Positions 54,157 through 64,000 of a stretch of 64,000 nt of DNA are shown here, one piece after another. Position numbers and translations under genes: made by a program. The DNA is from Octopus vulgaris (lineage: Eukaryota). The notes beneath the pieces were generated by a model that was not told the origin of the DNA, did no database searches, and saw only the letters and a program-made list of their open reading frames with translations. The stretch is from NCBI GenBank assembly GCA_951406725.2, contig OX597822.1:51522001-51586000 (forward strand), given 5' to 3'. Numbering within the stretch: position 1 is the first letter of the stretch; each line of letters starts with the position of its first letter.

Positions 54157-54292
54157 GCTAATTCTTCTACTTCTTCTTCTTCTTCTTCTCCTCCTCCTTC
54201 TCCTTTTTTCCTCCCTTTTTGCTGTTGTTATTGTGATTCCTCTTTTCTTCTCTCCCCATCCTTCTTCTCCTTCTGTTTCTTTTATTATTATT

Positions 54293-54326
<34 letters not shown>
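53917..54326. repeat. compound (TTG)(TTC)(TAC)(TCC)(ATT)(ATC) microsatellite
   Basis: seen directly. Confidence 0.95.
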
Positions 54327-54327
<1 letters not shown>

Positions 54328-54559
54328 TGAAAACGTCGCGCAGTATCCAATATCGTGATGTATTGGATTTATGATATTGTTTCTATCGGGGATTTGTACT
54401 GTCTGTCAAATCACAACAAGGACTTCTGACAGTACTTTATACAATAAGCGTTCAGATCCAAGTAAAACTGATTTTTGCAATACACATAGATTGCAAGATA
54501 TTTCTAAAGTTTCCAGATGTTTCTTCAGATTAGCCTGATAGTTTTTGGTAATCAAGCTT

Positions 54560-56095
54560 TGGTCTCGTGCTGCTAATATGAAACGTTCAGTGCCTTGCTT
54601 TCAGTCCCGAGCTTCTCAGCCACCGATGGCTTGTTGTTCGACGACTATCAGATCTTTGCATTTGTTAGTCGGCTGGGAATGAGAGGTGAAGTGGCAGTGC
54701 TTTTTAGGAAAGAATTGGATCTTGAGATAAAGTCGATCTTCCAGAAACCGGATGGGAAGTTGGTGGCTGTGAGCAACAGTGAAGGTAGCGCCTTTAGACT
54801 GGTGGCCGTCTACACTACCACCGGAACAAAACGGCCAGATTTCTTTAGACGTCTGGAAACCTTTCTAGGCACGTCTTGCGTTTTACTGTTTGTAGGGGAC
54901 TGGAATGGAATCTTGAATCAATGTTGGGATTGTGTGGAAGTAGCTGATAGAAGAGTGGCGTGCAAAAGCCTCAAGCACCTGATCAGCCAGTTCCAACTGT
55001 TAGATAGGTGACGACAAGATTTCCCTAATGCGCCTGTGCGGTCCTGGACCAACTGCTTAGTGTCATCTAGATCGTATATAGATAGGATTTTCACTAGAAA
55101 GATAGATAGTAACAGTGTAGGGTGTCCACGTTTTAAAACGGTCGCCTACTCAGACCATAAGTTTATAATCTATACGGACGACGTAGATAAGACGGGTAGG
55201 CTAGGATCTGGGTACTGGAAGGTGCTCATGTCGTTTCCGGCACGTAAGGCTTACCGGGACCGGGTCAGCAATTTAGTTAAGCAGAAGCTGACAGGAGGTA
55301 TCATGAACAGCATGTGATGGACGGCTCCCGAAAGAGAAATCAATATCGATAGGGTTTAGCAAATAAACAGCGTTAGGAAAAATAGAAAAGAGGAGGGGTT
55401 AGTAGCTAAACTAGACGAGGCTATTTGTAGTGGCAATGCAACAGACGTGCTAGCAGCAAGAATGGCATTAGAACTGTTCTTCAGCGCAACTCGGATGTTG
55501 CATTGCCAGAGCGAAGGGGCGTGCTCTAGGAAACGAGGGAATCAAAGCAGTTCGATGGGCCTGCGTGGCGGAGACGCAGTGTAGTAACAAAGCCACAATT
55601 CAGTCTTTGACGGACCGAGAATGACACGAGCTGAACCATTCCAGGCAGATGTGTGGCTTTTCGCCAATACTTTGCTAGGTTGTTCCGAGAGAGTGGTGGA
55701 GCGGAGATGGTGGTGAACTTCAGTTTCTATCTCGACGGCTTGCTGCATCTCTCGACGGCCGACGTTGAGAGCTGTGAAAGGCAAATAATCTCAGCCGAAA
55801 TTGAGGATGCCCTTGTCGGTTGCAGGAGGCACAAGTCACCAGGTTTACATGATCTGCCCTATGAACTTTACGTAAATATGCCGCACTTGCTCTCTGATCT
55901 CCTCGCAGCGCTCTACTCTAACTGGAAGCAGAAGGGGAGTATTCCCACTTCTGTAAGCCAGGGCGTAGTGACGCTGATAAGGAAAGACGAAAACAAGAGG
56001 GACACAGATAATTTCAGAGCCATAGCTCTGCTTGATACAGAGTTTACGATATTGGCCTAGTGGTTGGCGCTTGTCGTCGAGCACTTGGTTGTGGA
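54560..56095 (+). mobile_element. L1/Tx1-clade LINE ORF2 pseudogene (APE endonuclease to start of RT)
   Basis: FRLVAVY, VGDWNGIL, SRSYIDRIF, YSDHKF, GSGYWK, KSPGLHDLPYELY (KSPG.DG...E.Y), DNFRAIALLDTEFTILA (NYRPI.LLN.D.KILA). Confidence 0.9.
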
Positions 56096-56306
56096 TGGCT
56101 TCATTCTTCTTCCGCCCGTTTAATTTAGACATAAAGATCAACCCCTGTCTGCGCAAGTTCTCCCCCTTAAATTTTTTGTCATTTCTTTCTCCATCAAGTT
56201 ATCCATTTCCAGTAATCCCAAGTACTTATAGCCCGTCTCTTTTGTCTGCTTCATAGCCTCCCCGGTACATTCACTCTGCAATATTATCATTATTATTATT
56301 ATTATT

Positions 56307-57552
56307 CAGTAGTTTTATTTTTATAACGTGCTTTCACTTCGCTACTGGGCGCAGGTCTGCATGCTTTGGGTATGTGCTGCGGTTTGTTGTGATGATCTTA
56401 TGGTTACTGTATTGAATGTGTTTTACGTAGGATGTGTGCAGTGCCCAGTAATGCATTTTTCTATATGTTATATATATACTTGTATTTTTTATGGTGTTTT
56501 TTTATGTATTTGTCTGAATATTTTTTATTATACCTAATGCGCTCACTATGGTAGGAATTGTTTCTATTTTTAGATTAGTTACCTCTATTTCCAGGTCTTT
56601 GTATTTTGAAAGTTTCTCTATTTCTGTTAGAGAAGGGTTGTCATCTGCTGATATTGGTACATCGATTAGAAAACATTTTTTCTTCATGATCTCTGACAAC
56701 TATATCTGGCCTATTGGCCTTAATGTCTCTATCCGTGTGTATTGACAGAGTATGGTTGCTTTCTCGTTTTCTGTGACCTTTTCTAGCGTGTGTTTATACC
56801 ATCTTTTTCATGTTGTTATTCCATAGTGTTGGCATAGCTTCCAGTGTATTTAGGTCCCAACTCTGCGGTGTCTGTGAATATATTCCTTCTTAACCAAGAC
56901 TAGGCAGCCAGAGATAATATGATTTATTGTTTCTTGTTCATCTTCACATATTCAACAGTTACTTGTTATGTTTGTTTTCGTTATGTTTTTGGTAATTTCT
57001 GGTGGGGAGGTTTTGGTCTTGGGCTGCAATTAAAAATCCTTCAGTCTTTGCTTTGAGTCCTGAGCTTCTCAACCATTGCTGGTATTTTTCCTGTCTATTT
57101 CTTTTGTATTTAGTTTAGCCCAGTGTTTGCCATGAAGGGGCTCTTCTTGCCATCATTTTATGTTCCGTTGCTGTTCTAGTTTTAGTTTGGATTTCATTCA
57201 TTTAATAGCTTTTGTTTTTTCTTCTTTATATATGTTAGGTAGTGTGACTTCTTGTTTAAATACTGAAAACACTTTTTTGTTTTGCTCGTGTTATTGGCTA
57301 TTTGTATTAGTTTTCTTTGCTTTTGAAGTATGTATTTTTGCAGTACTATGGTGGTTATTTTATAATAGTTTTCCAGCTGTATAAGGCCTCTACCACCTTC
57401 AATACGTTGTATATATATAACCTTTCTATGTCAGATTTCGGTTGGTGCATCCTAGATCCTGTCATTATTTTTCTTGTCTTCCTGTCTATTTTGGTTAGTT
57501 CATTGAGTGTCCAGTAAAGGATATTGTAGCTGTAACTTATAACTGGGACGGT
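56307..57552 (-). mobile_element. R4/Dong-like LINE 3' portion, 5'-truncated, embedded in (TAA)n
   Basis: MHQPKSDIERLY, IKANRPDIVV, KCFLIDVPISADDN....EIEKLSKYKDLEIE, IPTIVSALG; (ATT)n at both flanks. Confidence 0.93.
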
Positions 57553-57583
57553 TATAATTTATAGTAATAATGATAACTTGTTG

Positions 57584-57584
<1 letters not shown>

Positions 57585-57672
<88 letters not shown>
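57585..57672. repeat. (ATT)n(AGT)n microsatellite
   Basis: seen directly. Confidence 0.95.
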
Positions 57673-57673
<1 letters not shown>

Positions 57674-59103
57674 TATTATTTATTATAAAACAAAGAAGCG
57701 TGTGAAAGATCTGAGAGGCAAACATAATTTTCACGTAAAGCGCTTTTTAAACATTTTAATCCTATGAAATTACTTTTTCCTCTTATAACTGATAATTTCC
57801 AATTATCGATTTAAAGTATAGCTTCAATTTTTTCAATGAACACCTATATTACCTACGAATCACTGACACCTGTATCTCATACTTTGCTCTGCTGGAAGCT
57901 CAAGGTTGATTACAATATAACAAGTTGTTTCATTATTTTCGTTTGCATGATTTCACAAAGAAATGACCATTCAGAGGAAATTTGTCAATCCCTCGATATA
58001 GGCATGCAATAATATTATATATAACGTGGTATTGATGTACCACGCTGGCTATTACTAAGCACATACGGATCTTTATACATCCATAAGTGGCTGAATTATC
58101 GACGTTGTACCATGTCATAGACAATGCACTACTTTGTATGTATTACACATATCTACGTGTATGCGACTACTTTTATGATCGAAAATTTAAAGAAATGAAT
58201 TGGTTGTTGAAGAGAATTGTGTGGTTTATTTCGAATACATGTCGATGTATTCAGTTTTTTTTAACGTTTATGAGAGCCTAAGATCACATATGCATACAGG
58301 CACACGTGTACCATTCATATGTATCTCATACCTGCATACATTCATACAAACATACATACATGCTTTTATAATGTGGGTGCAGGTGTGTACTTATACAGTT
58401 ATAAAAGTAATAAAGAGTATTGGGAACCAAAGAGACATAAGGTCTGATAAAATGTGTAAATTAAGCACGAATCTTAATGCAGTTAAACATATTCACATAA
58501 GGCCGTTGCTTCAATAGAACTGCTTCAGTCTCAGCTACCGTTATAAAGGTTGGTTAATCAACTTTACTTCGCAAGAACTGACGACCTACTTCAAACTTAT
58601 ATGGAACGAGCAATTTCAAATGATGTCGAGAAAAGGGTCACATTTCATCACACAGGAGAAAGACTTCATTCTTATATTCCTTGAAGTCATTCAAGCTAAT
58701 ACAATATTGATGTAAATGTCGGAATATGCAAGATTAAATAAACAATTCATTGTAGTTCACCGAATCATATAAATAAGATATTGATTTCCCACTCACAGGC
58801 TGAAAGTCCGCGAGACATTCTTTTTTTCTTCCGCAATTTCATTCTGTCTTGTTTTCTTCTATTCCTTCTGCTGTCTTTGTCTTGTGAGATGCTTTGGAAT
58901 AGCAGCCATATTTTTCTAGAGGCTGACAGTGATATACATGTGCGTATGCATGCGTGCGTGTGTATGTGTGTGTGCGTGTATGCGTGCGTGCGTATGTGAG
59001 CGTAAAAATAAATTTGTGTTTATGTACATGCTTGTGTTTGTATATATATATATATGTATATATATATAGGTAAAGTGAGAGGAAGAGAAGGATAGGGAGA
59101 CAC

Positions 59104-59198
<95 letters not shown>

Positions 59199-59207
59199 CA
59201 TATAGAC

Positions 59208-59270
<63 letters not shown>

Positions 59271-59302
59271 GAGAGTGCGTGAGAGAGAGAGAGAGAGAGA
59301 GA
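59104..59302. repeat. (GATA)n(GA)n microsatellite
   Basis: seen directly. Confidence 0.96.
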
Positions 59303-59580
59303 GATATTGAACATGCGAACCACATAAAATAATAAATCTTTGACGTTAATTGCTCAGAGACGTCTTTCAAATGACAATCGAGAGTTAAAGAAAGGTGAAC
59401 GTATGTTACAGTGCCAGCTATAGATCTAATTAGAAATACTAATTCCACACGGAGGAGTGAATGTTTAAGTCGTAGCAAATTCGTTCTATTAACTCCTACG
59501 GCAAGTGAGGGAAACAACTTGCAAGATGCTGCCTTCTTTATAAGATTTCTTCAGAGAAGCAGAGATGCTACCGTAAATGC

Positions 59581-59650
<70 letters not shown>

Positions 59651-59852
59651 AATTGTTCTGTGTGTGTTTCTGTGCGTCAGTGTGTGTAGTACGTATCCAT
59701 TTCTATATTTTCAACCGATTTTCTCCCTTTGACGACTGCAGTTTTAAAGCCATTCTCTCACTTTTGTCTCTCTATTTATCTCTTCTCTTTCTTTTTTTGA
59801 CTTTCCCTCTCTGCAATACTTCTTGTCTTTAGGTCTATGTCTCTTCCTTTCA

Positions 59853-59903
<51 letters not shown>

Positions 59904-60952
59904 TTGACTTCAATATATTTCAATTTTGTTGTGCCTTAAATATTTTTTCTTTGTGCTATTTGTATTTTCTCCCTACAAAATTACTTTAGTTATTTAAATT
60001 TGTTTGCACTCTATATATTTAAATACACTATTTACATTTCTCGAACTATCGAAAACCGTTGTGATACTGCCGATAAGACATCATTACTAACCAATGATAA
60101 TTCAACCACGCCACTGATCGCTCATGCGTTAAAAATGATATACTAAAGTGGCTGAAGTATTTTCTTCTATAGCTTTAAACGCTGAAGTAAGATTTGTAAT
60201 TTACGTCTAAAAATTGACTTTCTTGTGTGATATGGTATTATTTCACTTATTTCTTTCACTTTTGTGTGTGTGTTTGCGCGTTGAGTGTGTATATGTATCT
60301 GAGTGTATGTGTGCGGGTGTATGACAGTGCATGTCTCTATGACTGTGTGTGTTTGTTTCCGCGTTAGGTACATTATTAAACATACAAACATCTACACATA
60401 TATATATACACTTGTGATGACTGGTATGCGTGAATGTATGTCTTTATGTGTCTCTCTTACTATATTCATGTGTTGTATATGAGAGTGCATGTCTGGGTAT
60501 CGTCACCTTTTATATATGACTGAGTATGTATTTGTGTGTGTGTGTTTTCGCCCCCGATAGTACTTTAATTAAACAAACACATCCATCTATGCATACATAT
60601 ACACATGTGACGAGAACAGCTGGTGGTGAAACTCTTGACAAAAACTAATACATGGAAGGTCCAAGTTATATAAAAATACACACCAACCGTACAATTAACA
60701 GTTCATAATTATCACAGCAGTTATAAGGTTAAAAGGTTTTTATAATTTGCTTATATTTGGTTAATTTACACTGCATACAAAAATATAGACATAATACATA
60801 TATACAACTGCTTACAAAATTAATGTATATTTCTTCAACGTTCATAATTTTTTGTTTAAAATATTGAAATAATTTGCCACGAATGAAAAAAATGTAATCT
60901 CTCCAGAGACAGCAATAAAGCAAGGAGGAGTGCAGAAAAACGAAAGCAAAAG

Positions 60953-61270
60953 TCACAAGAGATAAGGGACATAAGACTTTCTCAACATCAGCAACGGCAT
61001 GCTGGACCACGTCAGAGGTAATATGAATACAGAAGAGACAGGACACTTTCCAAAGATCACCAAACGTGTGCTACAGCCCGTCAAATACAGTCTCAGGAGA
61101 GAAGGGAGAGTTGACTTTGTGAACGTGAGCAAAAGCATGGTGCCGCATGTCTGGTGGAGTACCAAGAGAGAAGGAAGAGGTGACTTTCTCAAGATCAGCA
61201 AAGGCTGCTGCAAGCACATCAGATGGAGGTTTAAGAGGGAAGGGGGACGAGACTTTCCAAAGATCAGCAC
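60953..61270 (-). CDS. candidate exon or relic encoding LRR-like 23-aa repeats
   Basis: open frame with units PSLLNLHLMC / LPSLLVLHQTC / LPSLLRLYLTGC; Leu retained through TTR-CTN swaps; TAG immediately upstream could be a splice acceptor. Confidence 0.3.
   Translation of the reverse strand: MLIFGKSRPPSLLNLHLMCLQQPLLILRKSPLPSLLVLHQTCGTMLLLTFTKSTLPSLLRLYLTGCSTRLVIFGKCPVSSVFILPLTWSSMPLLMLRKSYVPYLL
60957..61270. repeat. diverged 69-bp tandem repeat, ~4.5 units, no indels
   Basis: ACTTT anchor at 60976, 61045, 61114, 61183, 61252 (exact 69-bp spacing). Confidence 0.92.
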
Positions 61271-61579
61271 CTAATGCTGAATCATTGAAAAAAACTTTAG
61301 CACACCAGCTTATACAGAGGTCCAATAGAATAGCTCTCAGAAATAGAACATGTACAAATTCGTTCTTCACAACAGCTGGAGCTGCTTTCAGATATGATAC
61401 ATCCCATTCTTATAAAAACAATGACTCTGTCCAAATTGGTGTACTAAACTCAAATTGTCAGTGCTGCACTTTCTTATATCACCTGTTTCAACATAACTGT
61501 AATATATATATTTATGTATATAACTTACTTGGAAATGGATGCGTTGCGTTCAATCATATAATACTATAAATAATATATA

Positions 61580-61800
61580 CATATTTAAAATGTGACCGCG
61601 TGTGTACCGTTGGCGATTTCTTTTCCTCCGTCTTCCCTTCTTTGGATCTTTCCTTTTCCTATGTTTCTGACGAAGATCACCGCTCGAAACGTTAAACCCT
61701 CCTTCTTTTCTTCTTTCCTGAGCGTCCAATAATACTATACTTCTTCCATGTCCTCGCGTTGTTGTGTTTTCTCTTTGTGTTTTCATGTTTGGATTAACTA
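61580..61800 (+). mobile_element. Penelope-like terminal repeat segment carrying a hammerhead motif
   Basis: pyrimidine-rich segment around CTGACGA..CGAAACGTT abutting (TA)n; assignment rests on the known association of minimal hammerheads with Penelope-like elements. Confidence 0.55.
61663..61697 (+). ncRNA. minimal type I hammerhead ribozyme-like motif (one stem II mismatch)
   Basis: GTTT-CTGACGA-A-GATC-ACC-GCTC-GAAAC-GTT-AAAC: stem I GTTT/AAAC, core CUGANGA and GAAA, palindromic AACGTT in place of stem III. Confidence 0.65.
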
Positions 61801-61802
61801 TA

Positions 61803-61860
<58 letters not shown>

Positions 61861-62868
61861 TACGGGTGGGTGTATTAAAGAACATTAAAAAGGCTTAGTT
61901 TCTTGTTTTTCCATTATTATTTCATAGCCCTCTCTCTCTCTCTCACTCTTTCTTCTTCCCCATTTCCCCCGCATCTCTCTCTCTCGCTCTCTTTCACTTG
62001 CTGTATCTCGTTATCAATTTTTTACGCAAAGAAACTTGTTTAGAATTACGCAAACTCATCATCGAATATGTTTCAGCGTACGCAATGTTGATGAGCAATT
62101 ATATTTATATCATCTAAATTTGTTTTTCGAAAAACAAAACAATGTCATATGAATTCATTATATCAACTCTTACAAAATACTAATGAAGTCTATGATATGA
62201 TAACAATTCCTGATAACAGTTCAGAATATTTTGCGTTTAAAGGATACAAATAACCTTTCACGAAATACGCATCGTATAATTATCCTCTTCTGACTCTCAT
62301 TAAATTTCAGAATTACTCTTCAACGAAATAATAATGAATAATTGTGAATGTATTGTCATATTATATTAGCGATTTAAATACTAATTTCAACTATAAATGA
62401 AGTAAAGTTGGCTCCTTGACATGAAGCAAACCATATGTATACTGCGATCATGTGTTAGCTGGTAATAGACTAATTTGCTGGCGAGGAAAAATTTATATAA
62501 TTTCTATACGATTTCTGTTCACTCATTTTCAAACACATTTTTTTGACTGATGATGAAGCTATAGTAAAAGACACTTGCTCATGATGCCATGAATTGTGAC
62601 TGAACAAAGTATCTTATAGTTACGAAGCGAGCTTTTGTTTTTTTAAGCATGCCGACATACGGTGCCGACTTTGATATATAGCGTAAATATATAAATCACT
62701 ATCATTGTCCACAGTGAGGGTGTGATGTTGTGAGGTTGTGTAATAAACGTAACGGTCCTTCACGACTGAATACCTCGTTAAAAATACCTTCTTTATTTCA
62801 TTAATGTAAGAGTGCAGGGGTAACTGGAGTCTTTTTTGTGTATACGACAAAGTAATCGTTAGCACATA

Positions 62869-62934
<66 letters not shown>

Positions 62935-64000
62935 TGAGTGTGTGCGTCCGCGCCCGCGCATGTGTATTTGTATATATATATATATATATATATGTATAGA
63001 TATATACAAAATTATTGACAGACAGACAGCTACAAAAATAGTCATAGATACATAGATTTGCATACACACATGCATACATACCGACATATATACTAGTACA
63101 CACACAGAAATTGCTATATGTCTTATTGTAACTATTTGCAAGTTGTGATGGCTATGACCAATGAAAAACTATATAGATTGGTTGTTAGAGAGCTGATTTT
63201 CAATATTGATAGAAAATTAAAAGTCACTAACGACAGAGGAATCCCTGCTAGCTTCTCAACACAGACGACACATGCATTCAAGCTTCCATTTCGTTTTCTT
63301 CGGGACATTTTAATTAGAGTCTCTTCTGAAGTTCAATTAGTAAGATTTGTGCAAGCCTTTCAACTCAGTCACATTTAATTACATTCTGGAAAATAGATAA
63401 TTTAATAGGTTAATTGGGTTCAGTTTTCATGCCAACGTTTACAAGTTTCATTTTGGTATAATTGCATACAGGCGCTCGCTCACGTATGTAGAACTACATA
63501 CATATATATAGTTATATGAATATAATGTGTACGTATGTGTCTGTGTGTGTGTGCGCGTGTGCATGCGTCCGCGAGTATGTGCACGTGCGAGCGTGCGCGT
63601 ATGTGTATGTGTGTGTGTCTGTGTCTGTGTGCATGTGATGTGCCTTTACGTATATAAACAGCATCAATCCGGTCTAAATGGTAACGTTTGGAGCTGAAAC
63701 TAATTATTCTAAAACAGCTGCACTAATATGAGGGGTACTTCAACGGTCACAGCCGCACGATTAAGGAAGCAAGAGTAGCTAAGGTTATGTGGACAGTATG
63801 TGTATGTGTGTGCACGTGTGTGTATGTGTACGTATGTATATATGTATGCGTGTATGCAGAGAGAGAGAAAGAGTGGGAGAGATAAATTTTATATATAAAT
63901 GTTAATTTAGTCTATTGCTTTCGTAACCTATTGCTAACATGTCACAAGTAAAATTTGAAATCTATAAACTATGTAAATTTAATGATAATCGTATTTATAC

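Noticed and set aside
60999-61274. Plus-strand REGRxDFxKISK repeat protein
   Set aside because: The same frame has two stops in the first repeat unit and the substitution pattern fits the minus-strand leucine frame better.

Overview
AT-rich, repeat-saturated eukaryotic DNA with no securely identifiable host gene (intergenic or deep intronic). The SINE families, very dense microsatellites and LINE content resemble an octopus (coleoid cephalopod) genome; this is inferred from repeat types only. Main content: a full-length but decayed mellifera-type mariner (19-bp TIRs, TA TSD), many R4/Dong-like RLE-endonuclease LINE fragments sitting in (TAA)n arrays, RTE, L1/Tx1 and Penelope-like retroelement relics, a Helentron relic with an AP-endonuclease fragment, and two tRNA-derived SINE families. 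Most computed ORFs are microsatellite artefacts. Observations worth follow-up: three palindromes centred on (TA)n tracts (suggesting a fold-back duplication process), a 5S rRNA head fused to a SINE tail, a minimal hammerhead ribozyme motif, a non-coding ~530-bp element that co-occupies (TAA)n sites with the Dong-like LINE, a hairpin insertion with a 12-bp TSD, and an indel-free 69-bp repeat encoding LRR-like 23-aa units. All coordinates were read by eye; ends of decayed elements are approximate.
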